A stretch of 38,853 bases of DNA from a virus. Taxonomy: Duplodnaviria; Caudoviricetes. Below the pieces are notes generated by a model. The model made no database searches and had not been told where the DNA came from. It was given only the letters and a program-made list of their open reading frames with translations. Positions within the stretch are counted from its first letter, which is position 1, and every line of letters starts with the position of its first letter. The stretch lies in IMG/VR virus record IMGVR_UViG_3300002171_000004, positions 1-38,853 of that record. The stretch is one strand, 5' to 3'. The position numbers were made by a program, and so were the translations under genes. This document shows positions 1 to 8,575 of this stretch, one piece after another.

Positions 1-84
1 CAGACGAAGAACTCCATTCTTGGTTTGATGAACCAAAATATAATGCCATTGGCTTGGCTACTGGAAAAATATCAGGTGTAGTGG
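1..84. repeat. Terminal direct repeat, copy 1 (circular assembly overlap)
   Basis: Bases 1-84 are identical to 38770-38853, and an ORF reads in frame across the join. Confidence 0.97.
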
Positions 85-1544
85 TTGTTGATCTAGACAC
101 AGACCAAATCCCTGAAGGTTATGATTTATCTTCCCCATTAGTTGCCAAAACTATTTCTGGAGGCAGACATTTTTATTACCGTTGGGATGAAGAGATGAGA
201 AACGATGCCAAGATTGAAGGATTGCCTATTGATTTTAGAGGTGATGGTGGCTTTGTAGTTTTACCACCTTCATCCATTGGTAACATGACCTATGAGTGGG
301 CTGATAGTTCTTGGCCATGTCCTGAATTTATGTTGGATGTGTTACCTCAATCAATTAAAGAAATTTTAAAAGGCAGAAAATCAGAACCTCAAAAAATAAT
401 TAATTATCAAGGCGGATCAGCTCTTCCAGAATTTTTTAAAGCACAAAAGGCTGAGTATGGAGAGGGAACTGATTTAGTTTTTGAGCAAGCAGGAAAAGGA
501 GAACGCAATGTAAGGGCCTCAGAAGTCGCTGGATTAATCTGCCGAGAGTTAACACCAGACAAGTGGAAAAACTACGGCTGGCCTCGTCTGGTAGCGTGGA
601 ATGAGGGTAATCAACCGCCTCTTGGGGAGTCAGAATTAAGAACTACATGGCAATCCATCTGTAATGCTGAATTGAGAAAAAATCCTGCAGTGGTTGCAAC
701 TGAAGAAAATCAGCCCGAAAATCTTTGTAAAATATTTACTGGATCTGAAGCAACTAAAGAATTTAACAATCTCCAGTCTAAATACGGTGAGGGCTTAACT
801 ACTGGCTACGAAGAACTTGATTATTATTTTAAATTTTTACCAGAACAACTTTACATGATTTCAGCCCCCACACACGTTGGTAAATCAACTTTTGCTTTGA
901 ATATGTGTGGAAGGATAGCTTCTTTAGGTGATGATGTTTTATTCTGTTCTTTGGAGCAAGGAATCTTTATTGAGCCAAGAGTTAGATCAATGCTTGGGGG
1001 TGAGTTTCCAGAACATTTATCAATTTTAACTTCAGACAAAATGTTGACGATTGATCAACTGATTCAGGTGGTAGAGAAGTCTGAACATAAACCTAAATTA
1101 GTTTGTGTGGACCATATCCATTTTTTGAAAAAGGGAGGTAGAGGAGCAACAGAGGACATTGATGAGATAGTTATCAACTTACAAAACATGGCTAAAAAAT
1201 TAAGACTACCTGTGATTGTAATTTGTCATGTTAGAAAATTAAATACCGATAAGGCTCCAGAGATGGATGATTTGAAAGATTCATCTAGTTTGTCTCAGGT
1301 CCCTTCAGTGGTTATTTTCCTTTACCGAAAACAGAATGAGAATAAACAAGCTTTTGATTCTATTTTGTCAAATGAAGGCCAAATAATTATTGCCAAAAAT
1401 AGAATCCAAGGTAAAACTGGAAAGAGACATTTTGAATTATTGGCCTCTGGATCAATGGTAATTAAAAATAAGGAACAGTCAATTTATTCCAGAACTGCAG
1501 ATCAAATGTCACATGGAGAAGTTGAGGATATTTTTAAATCTTAA
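3..1544 (+). CDS. PrimPol primase/polymerase-PriCT-DnaB-like (SF4) helicase fusion, 3' part. True start is at 38628; 561 aa when circularised
   Basis: Prim-pol motifs GLATGKISGVVVVDLD, TISGGRHFYY and IDFRGDGGFVVLPPS; PriCT-like GERN...WN...PPL...EL; Walker A SAPTHVGKST, Walker B LVCVDH and C-terminal IIAKNR. Confidence 0.92.
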   Translation, partial: DEELHSWFDEPKYNAIGLATGKISGVVVVDLDTDQIPEGYDLSSPLVAKTISGGRHFYYRWDEEMRNDAKIEGLPIDFRGDGGFVVLPPSSIGNMTYEWADSSWPCPEFMLDVLPQSIKEILKGRKSEPQKIINYQGGSALPEFFKAQKAEYGEGTDLVFEQAGKGERNVRASEVAGLICRELTPDKWKNYGWPRLVAWNEGNQPPLGESELRTTWQSICNAELRKNPAVVATEENQPENLCKIFTGSEATKEFNNLQSKYGEGLTTGYEELDYYFKFLPEQLYMISAPTHVGKSTFALNMCGRIASLGDDVLFCSLEQGIFIEPRVRSMLGGEFPEHLSILTSDKMLTIDQLIQVVEKSEHKPKLVCVDHIHFLKKGGRGATEDIDEIVINLQNMAKKLRLPVIVICHVRKLNTDKAPEMDDLKDSSSLSQVPSVVIFLYRKQNENKQAFDSILSNEGQIIIAKNRIQGKTGKRHFELLASGSMVIKNKEQSIYSRTADQMSHGEVEDIFKS

Positions 1545-1557
1545 ATCTACTTGCCTA

Positions 1558-1586
1558 TTGACATTATTATATTTTTAGTATAAGAT
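1558..1586 (+). promoter_or_regulatory. Sigma70-type promoter, predicted leaderless transcript
   Basis: TTGACA-17 bp-TAAGAT-6 nt-ATG(1593). Confidence 0.75.
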
Positions 1587-1592
1587 AAAAAC

Positions 1593-1838
1593 ATGAAAAT
1601 AAAAGCAAACCCTTGGAGACAAAAAATAGCCAAATTAAAGCAGGATGTTAAGGCTAGTCTTAAAGCAGATTATTTGAGGGGTTTCAGTCTATCTGAGTTA
1701 AAAAAGATTTATGGATTGACCGATAGAATGATGTACAAATGGATTAATCCAACTGTACAAGAAAAAGAAATTCATAATAGCTTTATTGCTGCTCGTAAAA
1801 TTTATGGCAGACCAAAACAAGCTATTGACCAATCATAA
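1593..1838 (+). CDS. Small basic HTH-like DNA-binding protein
   Basis: GFSLSELKKIYGLTDRMMYKWI fits a helix-turn-helix pattern. Confidence 0.6.
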   Translation: MKIKANPWRQKIAKLKQDVKASLKADYLRGFSLSELKKIYGLTDRMMYKWINPTVQEKEIHNSFIAARKIYGRPKQAIDQS

Positions 1839-1877
1839 TCACTAGTATTATTATAATTTTAATTATTCTAATACTAG
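1825..1877 (+). promoter_or_regulatory. Promoter overlapped by an inverted repeat (possible operator)
   Basis: TTGACC(1825)-18 bp-TATTAT; inverted repeat CTAGTATTA(1842-1850)/TAATACTAG(1869-1877). Confidence 0.5.
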
Positions 1878-1932
1878 AGCCATACATATGGCGACAGGCA
1901 CAAATTATTAATTAAAAACAAAAAAAAACAAA

Positions 1933-2361
1933 ATGGCAGAATCAATTGACTACGGTTACAATCCACCTTCTAAGAGTGTTTATCTTAGACTTAAAGCTAA
2001 TGGAGATTCTTGTAAAATCAGAATTGTTAGCGATCCAGTTAAATTTCAATCAGAGTATCAAGGTAAAGTTAGTGAAAAGTATGCTTGGTTAGTTTTGGAT
2101 AGAGCTGATAATCAAATCAAAGTTTTTCAATGTGGAAAAGATATTTGGAAGAAAGTTTCTGCTTTTGCTAAAAATCCTGATTGGGGTGATCCAACCAAAT
2201 ATGATTTAACTATTTTAAGAACTGGGTTATCTCCATCAAACTTTTATGATGTAGCCCCATCACCAAACAACAAAGGTGATTTAACTGATGATGAAATGGC
2301 ATTAGTGATGAACTGTGAAGTTGATTTAGCTAAAGCAGTTGAAAAGAAAGTTGAACAATAA
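1933..2361 (+). CDS. Single-stranded DNA-binding protein (gp32-like)
   Basis: YLRLK..GDS.KIRI, IKVFQCG..IW and WGDPTKYDLTI.RTG...YDV.P pattern typical of phage gp32-like SSBs; replication-arm context. Confidence 0.65.
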   Translation: MAESIDYGYNPPSKSVYLRLKANGDSCKIRIVSDPVKFQSEYQGKVSEKYAWLVLDRADNQIKVFQCGKDIWKKVSAFAKNPDWGDPTKYDLTILRTGLSPSNFYDVAPSPNNKGDLTDDEMALVMNCEVDLAKAVEKKVEQ

Positions 2362-2390
2362 TTAAAATATTTATTAAAAAAGAGACTAAT

Positions 2391-3011
2391 ATGAAACAAA
2401 AAAAAACAAAGCAAGCGGTTGTCTTAAGAAAACCAACCAAGAGAGAGGTAATTATTTATGCCTCAGTATTTAGTTTTCTGTTACTAGTTTTTGGTTTCTA
2501 CATGGCCATCACTGCAGTTGCCAGATGGTTTGACACTCACACTATTGTCAGAAATCAAATGGTAAAGATAGAGTTTAAAAAACCTCTAGAATTTATCAGT
2601 AAAACTGAATATGAAAAAAGACAAGAAGATGAAAGAATTACTACTGAATTGGCTGAAAAGTGTGTGGCTGATTGGTTAAATCCAAAGGATATTTCCTTAA
2701 CTGATAACAAAATTAGCCCAGAAATATTCTTTGACAGAATCTGGAAACAGGAAAGTTCTCGTGGAACTGATCAAACTCAAAACTCACTTCATATGTATTG
2801 CCGAGCTAAGGGTATGTGGAATGAAATTGGTTACAACCCCCAAGACAAATACTGTTTTAAAGACGAAGAAGAAGCTCGTTTAGTTGTTCCACTTTATCTT
2901 AAAAGATATTGTTCTGGAGCTACTTTAGATCAATGCCTTTGTTATTGGAATAAAGGTTCTAAAGATGATTCCTGTGCTTATTCAAAAGGTAATTTATCGG
3001 AGGCTAACTAA
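2391..3011 (+). CDS. Membrane-anchored protein with a lysozyme/transglycosylase-like C-terminal domain
   Basis: Basic N-terminus then one hydrophobic helix; IWKQESSRG resembles the catalytic E-S motif; 7 Cys. Confidence 0.5.
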   Translation: MKQKKTKQAVVLRKPTKREVIIYASVFSFLLLVFGFYMAITAVARWFDTHTIVRNQMVKIEFKKPLEFISKTEYEKRQEDERITTELAEKCVADWLNPKDISLTDNKISPEIFFDRIWKQESSRGTDQTQNSLHMYCRAKGMWNEIGYNPQDKYCFKDEEEARLVVPLYLKRYCSGATLDQCLCYWNKGSKDDSCAYSKGNLSEAN

Positions 3012-3214
3012 TGAAAGATTTATTAATATTACTCTTATCAATTGCTCTTATAATTAGTGTTTGTGTTAGCAATGAACGACAAAAAGTTCAAGAGCAAATT
3101 TGGAATAAAAGAGTAGAAACCAAAGTTTATCAAGTTAATGATTTAATTCATGCATTGGAAGATTGTCAAAATGGGAATCTTTGCCAAATGCCTGTCTTAA
3201 TAAAGGAGAACTAA
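3011..3214 (+). CDS. Small membrane-anchored hypothetical protein
   Basis: Hydrophobic N-terminus; TAATG coupling to the upstream gene. Confidence 0.7.
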   Translation: MKDLLILLLSIALIISVCVSNERQKVQEQIWNKRVETKVYQVNDLIHALEDCQNGNLCQMPVLIKEN

Positions 3215-3556
3215 ATGAGAGAACTAACAATAATTTGGTCCACAACTTTAATTCTAATGTTTTTATTAGGATGGTTAGTTGATAGTATTGTGGCTGAGAG
3301 AAAAAGACAAAAAACTATTGATAATATGAGAGCTGAGTTTGATAAAAATTATGAGGCTTTTACTACTGATGCCGCCAATAGATTTGCAGCTCAAAGAGAA
3401 ACAATTAGACTTCAAAGTGAAATGCTAAAGAAAAATGTTTTAAGAAATATTGCTTTGACTGGAGTGAATAAAAAACTTAGTTTGATTGTCAAAGTTTCTG
3501 GAGAGGCAATAAGGGGTCTTAAAAAAGAAATTAAAGATTTAAAAAAAAGGAAGTAA
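3215..3556 (+). CDS. Membrane-anchored coiled-coil hypothetical protein
   Basis: N-terminal TM helix followed by a charged helical region; AAGGAG upstream. Confidence 0.7.
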   Translation: MRELTIIWSTTLILMFLLGWLVDSIVAERKRQKTIDNMRAEFDKNYEAFTTDAANRFAAQRETIRLQSEMLKKNVLRNIALTGVNKKLSLIVKVSGEAIRGLKKEIKDLKKRK

Positions 3557-3560
3557 AAAA

Positions 3561-3905
3561 ATGTTAACTCTAAAGAAATTAAAAAAGATGGCACCAGATA
3601 CTATTTTTGCTTCTGGAATAGGTTTTATTGAACATCCTTGGTTTAATCAAGCGACTAAAACAATTGAGGCAGATGGAAAATCAACTAAAGTAAAATGGGT
3701 AGCAATTAGAGGTTATATTCATGACTGGGCTATTTATCACTCACTTGATGCAAATTTAGAACCTGCTAATAATTTAGATGGCACAAGTCATTTGAATGCA
3801 GATTTTCAAACAATAGCCGATCATGGAGCAAAATTACATAATAGGGAAATAGTTAAAAAATTAGTACCTTGTTCAAAATTAGCATTAAAATTTTATAGAG
3901 ATTAA
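3561..3905 (+). CDS. Hypothetical protein
   Basis: ORF in a tightly packed operon. Confidence 0.7.
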   Translation: MLTLKKLKKMAPDTIFASGIGFIEHPWFNQATKTIEADGKSTKVKWVAIRGYIHDWAIYHSLDANLEPANNLDGTSHLNADFQTIADHGAKLHNREIVKKLVPCSKLALKFYRD

Positions 3906-3906
3906 T

Positions 3907-4209
3907 ATGACCAAAATAAACGAACTTAACATAGTTATTAATAAAGCTTTAATTACTCATGTGGGGATTGATTTGACTGAAAAAGGAGTGCAGTTAGATG
4001 TCAGAGGAGAACTTTATACTAAGGCTGGTAAATCTATTTCTAATTTTAGTTTTAGTACTACCTCATGGAATGATGAAAATAAGTTTGATATTCCAGCATA
4101 TATTAATGCTCCCATTAGACAAATTTTTGAAGATTTAACCCCTATTATTTATGAAAAAATTAATGGCAAAGCGGTTGCCATAAAGGATAAAAATGTTAAA
4201 AGCAGATAA
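3907..4209 (+). CDS. Hypothetical protein
   Basis: ORF in a tightly packed operon. Confidence 0.7.
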   Translation: MTKINELNIVINKALITHVGIDLTEKGVQLDVRGELYTKAGKSISNFSFSTTSWNDENKFDIPAYINAPIRQIFEDLTPIIYEKINGKAVAIKDKNVKSR

Positions 4210-4456
4210 CGCCATCTCAATTGGTAAAACAGAACAGAAGATCCTTTGGACCAAAATGATTAAACTAAAAGACAACCCTCCAGAGCGAAGAGGAACGGTC
4301 TTTGATTTGGCTGACTTGAAAAAGAAATTAGGAGCTGAAGTTAAAGCCATCTATATTGAAAAGATTTTTGGAGAGAATAATTTTAGAGCAGGTTTTGTTA
4401 TTGATTTAGTTCATGCCATAGAGGAGCCACATGAAGTCAAAACCACAGGAAGGTGA
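4193..4456 (+). CDS. Hypothetical protein
   Basis: ORF overlapping its neighbours; AAGGA upstream. Confidence 0.65.
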   Translation: MLKADNAISIGKTEQKILWTKMIKLKDNPPERRGTVFDLADLKKKLGAEVKAIYIEKIFGENNFRAGFVIDLVHAIEEPHEVKTTGR

Positions 4457-4568
4457 TTATGTTCCATGTCAATTATGCGGACATGATTTCCAATTAGAAA
4501 AAAATAAATTACAAGCAAAGTATTGTAACGAATGCAAATATAAGCCTGAGAGGAGAAAAAGAAAATGA
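4431..4568 (+). CDS. 45-aa zinc-ribbon protein (not in the ORF track)
   Basis: MKSKPQEGDYVPCQLCGHDFQLEKNKLQAKYCNECKYKPERRKRK; GAGGAG RBS, two CxxC pairs, ATGA overlap with the next gene. Confidence 0.75.
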   Translation: MKSKPQEGDYVPCQLCGHDFQLEKNKLQAKYCNECKYKPERRKRK

Positions 4569-4783
4569 AATTAATTAATGAAGTTTTAAATGAAATTAAA
4601 AGAGCATTTTTGATTCCACCAGTAATTGTTCCAAAACATTTAGCTAAACTAATTCAAAAAGAAGATTTGTTTATTAAAAACGGTCAATATGCTGGTGAAC
4701 ATTTAAAGGAAATGATAAAAGGAGAAATAGGAATATTTAATGGAAAAAGAATTGTTATTAATTTACCTTGTCCTAAAAAATAA
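4565..4783 (+). CDS. 72-aa protein resembling a fragment of a major capsid protein
   Basis: F....YAG....MIKGEIGIFNGKRIVI resembles the GEIG motif region of N4-gp56-like capsid proteins. Confidence 0.5.
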   Translation: MKLINEVLNEIKRAFLIPPVIVPKHLAKLIQKEDLFIKNGQYAGEHLKEMIKGEIGIFNGKRIVINLPCPKK

Positions 4784-4785
4784 TT

Positions 4786-5112
4786 ATGTTCAATGAAAAT
4801 TGGGAAATAAAAGTAGTTGAAAATATTCCAACTCTAAATGTTTATGTCTATCTTTTTCAAAAGTCAGACAGGATTAGATTGGCACATTTTGTAAAAGGAC
4901 AATTGGAAGTTGAAGAAATTGCTGAAGGAAGTGTTGTTGATCCAGAACCAACAATGAAGATGCCTCTTGATGTCTGGAACACTCTTAAAAGAACCATGAT
5001 TGATGATAAAGTCAGAGATAAAAGTGAAGTGGAGGCTGAATTAAAATCAACCAATAGACATCTTGAAGATATGAGAAAAATAGTGTTTAAAAAATTGGGG
5101 ATAAAATTATGA
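4786..5112 (+). CDS. Hypothetical protein
   Basis: ORF in operon. Confidence 0.7.
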   Translation: MFNENWEIKVVENIPTLNVYVYLFQKSDRIRLAHFVKGQLEVEEIAEGSVVDPEPTMKMPLDVWNTLKRTMIDDKVRDKSEVEAELKSTNRHLEDMRKIVFKKLGIKL

Positions 5113-5354
5113 AAAATTATCCAACAACCTCTAAATTATTTGGTTACAATATCGGTTTAAATAATGACAATCTTTACATTGCTGTGCCTAAAAAATATAT
5201 TGGGGAAAAACCAATTGAAGTTACTTGTGATGGTGAATCTAAAATCTTTACGAATGAAGATGTGGCTCAAGAGGTCACATTAAAAGATAAATTTGATCAG
5301 GAGAAAAATTATACTTTGTGTTATTTTTTGTGGAAAATATTTGATAATGATTAA
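5109..5354 (+). CDS. Hypothetical protein
   Basis: ATGA overlap with the upstream gene. Confidence 0.7.
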   Translation: MKNYPTTSKLFGYNIGLNNDNLYIAVPKKYIGEKPIEVTCDGESKIFTNEDVAQEVTLKDKFDQEKNYTLCYFLWKIFDND

Positions 5355-5386
5355 TAAATTTATTAGTTTACAAAAGGAAAAGTAAG

Positions 5387-5722
5387 ATGAACACTAAACC
5401 ATTTGGAACACCATACATTAAACCAACTAGAAATAAACACGAATCAGGATTTAGATGTTTTGAAGTTGGGTATATTGACGAAATTGATGATAAAAATAAA
5501 GTTACTAAAAAAAGAGTATTGGGAACAGGTAGCGACCATATTTTCCAAGATTATATGATGTTGATTGGAGAAACTAAGCCTTTTAGCCTAAATATGGATT
5601 TAACTATGGACGGATATATTAGATTTTTTATCCATGATGATAAAAGAATATTAGTTTGGGATTGTGATAGTTATGGACATGCTTTTTCAAGTGTTGGATT
5701 AAAAGTTATAGATAAAAAATAA
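5387..5722 (+). CDS. Hypothetical protein
   Basis: ORF with AAAGGA upstream. Confidence 0.7.
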   Translation: MNTKPFGTPYIKPTRNKHESGFRCFEVGYIDEIDDKNKVTKKRVLGTGSDHIFQDYMMLIGETKPFSLNMDLTMDGYIRFFIHDDKRILVWDCDSYGHAFSSVGLKVIDKK

Positions 5723-5724
5723 CT

Positions 5725-6027
5725 ATGCCAAAAACCATTAAACCAACTATGAAACAAAAAATAAAATTATCTAAAATTCAAAAAGAAATGTTAAAGGAAA
5801 TGTTGAACTGGACTGAATATTCTTATGGTTATAATGAATTTGAAGATACTGTAAATGCTGATAAAAAAACTCTAATTAAGGAAATGAAAAAGTTAAGAGA
5901 ATTAGAATTAGTAAAATTGGTTAGGGGTGGAATAGATGATGATACTGGAATGGTTGTTGGTGGAACTGGTTTTTACATTAAATATGAAAAAAGAGATGAA
6001 GTTAAAAATTTAATTAACCAACTATGA
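5725..6027 (+). CDS. Winged-helix-like protein
   Basis: LSKIQKEML...KTLIKEMKKLRELELVK followed by a beta-hairpin wing-like segment. Confidence 0.5.
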   Translation: MPKTIKPTMKQKIKLSKIQKEMLKEMLNWTEYSYGYNEFEDTVNADKKTLIKEMKKLRELELVKLVRGGIDDDTGMVVGGTGFYIKYEKRDEVKNLINQL

Positions 6028-6470
6028 ATATAAAAGACTTAGATAAAGACCCAATTAAAAAAATGCTTAAAATAACTAAATTAAACCATAAAAGGTCTTG
6101 TAAAAAACAATCAAAAATAATGGAAATTCTAATTAAATTTGATAATGAGAGAAGTGAAGATATGGGTTTCAATGATGATGGTTATCCAACTTTTAAAAAA
6201 GCAGAAAAATCAATTCAAAAACTCCTCTCCCAATCCAACCAAGAGATAGTAAAAGAAATAGAGGAAAAAGAAAGGATAAATAAATGTAAATTATTAGCTA
6301 ATTTATTAAAAGAAACAATGAGTTTAGAATCACCTGAAAATTATGAATTTTGCGAGGGATTTGAATATTGTAAAGGAAAAATACAACAACTTTTATTAAA
6401 AGAATCATTAAAGTTTGTAAAACTAACCAAACTTAGACAATCTAATAATTTAAAAGGAGAAAAGGAATGA
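6024..6470 (+). CDS. Hypothetical Lys-rich protein
   Basis: ATGA overlaps at both ends. Confidence 0.6.
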   Translation: MNIKDLDKDPIKKMLKITKLNHKRSCKKQSKIMEILIKFDNERSEDMGFNDDGYPTFKKAEKSIQKLLSQSNQEIVKEIEEKERINKCKLLANLLKETMSLESPENYEFCEGFEYCKGKIQQLLLKESLKFVKLTKLRQSNNLKGEKE

Positions 6471-6844
6471 GAATAGCTTTTGATATTGACGATACAATTT
6501 TAATTCCATCAGTAGCGACTGATAGTGATATGGATACTCCAGACTATGAAGTTATTGCTATTTATAAATGGTTTCAAAATCAAGGTCATACTATGATTTT
6601 ATGGAGTGGAAGTGGTATTGATTGGGCTAAAACTTGGGGAGAAAAATTAGGACTAAAACCTGATGCTGTAATACCTAAAGACAAAAAAGGTGCAGTAGAT
6701 ATTTGCTTTGATGATTGTGATGTTGATTTAGCTAATGTTAATGTAAAAGTTAAAAGACTTAACAGTTCAATTAGTCGTAAAGACTGGAATAAAACTAAAT
6801 CTATTAGTTTATCCCCTCCAAAAGGGAAAGGAGAAAAGAAATGA
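6467..6844 (+). CDS. Minimal HAD-superfamily phosphatase
   Basis: Motif I IAFDIDDT, motif II ILWSG, motif IV ICFDD. Confidence 0.8.
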   Translation: MRIAFDIDDTILIPSVATDSDMDTPDYEVIAIYKWFQNQGHTMILWSGSGIDWAKTWGEKLGLKPDAVIPKDKKGAVDICFDDCDVDLANVNVKVKRLNSSISRKDWNKTKSISLSPPKGKGEKK

Positions 6845-6942
6845 AACTAATTAAATTTTTATTAGTAATGATTTTTTCACCTTTCATTCTTTTTGGAATA
6901 GTTTTATTATTGGTAATTAATAATTATAATGAAACAAAATGA
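6841..6942 (+). CDS. 33-aa single-TM peptide (not in the ORF track)
   Basis: MKLIKFLLVMIFSPFILFGIVLLLVINNYNETK; AGGAG RBS and ATGA overlaps with both neighbours. Confidence 0.65.
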   Translation: MKLIKFLLVMIFSPFILFGIVLLLVINNYNETK

Positions 6943-7862
6943 TAAATACTGCAGAATCAATAAGTAATTGGCATCCAGATAAAATCTGTGATTTAATTGC
7001 TGACAATATAGTTAGAGAATGTTTAAAACAAGATCCAAAATCTAGATGTGCAGTAGAAGTATTTGGTGGTCATGGATTAATTATTGTCGGAGGAGAAATA
7101 ACAACCAAGGCAATTGTTGATTATGGAAAAATTACTAGAGAATTTTATTTAAAACATTGTGAAAAAGAAATTGGAGTAATAGTAAATATAGTGACTCAAT
7201 CTCCAGACATTGCTATGGGAGTTGATAAAGGTGGAGCAGGAGACCAAGGGATTATGTTTGGATATGCTTGTGATGAAAATGAAGAATTTATTCCTCAAGA
7301 AAAATATTTAGCAGATTGTTTATTAAGAGGAATTTGTGTTGATGCTAAATCTCAAATTACTATAAAGGATGGAATAGTTACTGATATTGTTTTATCAGTT
7401 CAAGGTAAAACTCAAGAAGAATTAAATAGTTATGTTAAAGAATTTTGCGAGTTCTTCAAACTTGGAAATCCAAATGTTTATTGTAATTGGACTGGAAAAT
7501 TTGAAATAGGTGGATTTGATGCTGATTGTGGAGTTACTGGGAGAAAAATAGTTTGTGATCAATATGGACCAAGAGTTCCTGTGGGTGGTGGAGCTTTTAG
7601 TGGTAAAGATTTTACCAAAGTTGATAGGAGTGGGGCTTTAATGGCTCGTTATATTGCTCTGGATTTACTCAAAAAGAAAAAAGCTCATTCAGTATTGGTT
7701 AAAATAGCTTATTGTATAGGAAAGGCTGAACCACTAATGGTAATGGCTAGCATTGATGGAATAGCAAAAGATGTTTCTAAAGAATACGATTGTCGTCCAA
7801 GAGAGATCATTAAAAAATTAAAATTAGGGTATAAAACCCTTAACCAATCTATTGACCAATAA
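6939..7862 (+). CDS. metK: S-adenosylmethionine synthetase, short form (307 aa)
   Basis: TAES...HPDKICD, GAGDQGIMFGYA, DAKSQ, DCGVTGRKI and GGGAFSGKD.TKVDRSG signatures. Confidence 0.95.
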   Translation: MINTAESISNWHPDKICDLIADNIVRECLKQDPKSRCAVEVFGGHGLIIVGGEITTKAIVDYGKITREFYLKHCEKEIGVIVNIVTQSPDIAMGVDKGGAGDQGIMFGYACDENEEFIPQEKYLADCLLRGICVDAKSQITIKDGIVTDIVLSVQGKTQEELNSYVKEFCEFFKLGNPNVYCNWTGKFEIGGFDADCGVTGRKIVCDQYGPRVPVGGGAFSGKDFTKVDRSGALMARYIALDLLKKKKAHSVLVKIAYCIGKAEPLMVMASIDGIAKDVSKEYDCRPREIIKKLKLGYKTLNQSIDQ

Positions 7863-7880
7863 ACAATTAATAGCCATACT
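7852..7880 (+). promoter_or_regulatory. Sigma70-type promoter, predicted leaderless transcript
   Basis: TTGACC-17 bp-CATACT-6 nt-ATG(7887). Confidence 0.7.
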
Positions 7881-7886
7881 GATTGT

Positions 7887-8300
7887 ATGAAGGAATCCAA
7901 CTTTCAAACGATCTGGCACAATTATTTAGTTCACAATCCATTACCTCAACCAGAGGTCCATGAATTGAAATTGGTTAAAAGAAATGTCTTTGTTTTTGAC
8001 GCAGTAAAAGACCACCAAATTCTTGGTCTTAAGTGTGCAGAAACAGGATTATTCCATAAAATCAGTGACAGTCCAATCTATGCTGGAATGAAAAGCAGAT
8101 TCACAGCACAAAAACCATTTGATTGTCTTTGGTTAACAGGAATTAAAGGATTCGTAATTATTTGTTTTTACGAACCTAGAAAATACAAAAAAGTATTTAA
8201 AATAGGGATTGACCAATTCCTTAAAATAAAGGAAAATCATCCTAGAAAGTCAATTAGACTTAGTGAGTTAGAATTATTAATTAAACCAATAAACTTATGA
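7887..8300 (+). CDS. RecU-like / PD-(D/E)XK Holliday junction resolvase-like nuclease
   Basis: E..FQ, VHELK, VKDHQI..L and KPFDC motifs. Confidence 0.55.
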   Translation: MKESNFQTIWHNYLVHNPLPQPEVHELKLVKRNVFVFDAVKDHQILGLKCAETGLFHKISDSPIYAGMKSRFTAQKPFDCLWLTGIKGFVIICFYEPRKYKKVFKIGIDQFLKIKENHPRKSIRLSELELLIKPINL

Positions 8301-8575
8301 GTGAAAATGAACAAAAAAAACCTGAAATTCAGGAACCAGTTATAGAACCAATTGTTAATGAATGCAAACATGATACTGGATGGGGAAGGCTTGGAAGCCA
8401 TCCTTTAAACAGTAGTGATGGAAATGTATTCATAATTGGAATAGTTTTCTGTAAAAAATGTGGAATAAATAAAATTCAAGTCCACAGAATTGCTCCAGAA
8501 AAACCTGCTGAAGAAGCTAAGCAAGAAGTTGCTATACCTCCAGTGGATATTCCATCAAACACAGAAGCCAATTAA
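8297..8575 (+). CDS. Small zinc-ribbon protein with acidic, Pro-rich tails
   Basis: CKH...CKKC. Confidence 0.55.
   Translation: MSENEQKKPEIQEPVIEPIVNECKHDTGWGRLGSHPLNSSDGNVFIIGIVFCKKCGINKIQVHRIAPEKPAEEAKQEVAIPPVDIPSNTEAN

Noticed and set aside
1-84. 84-bp terminal repeat as a physical genome end
   Set aside because: It lies mid-gene in the primase and the frame continues across the join, so it is best explained as a circular assembly overlap
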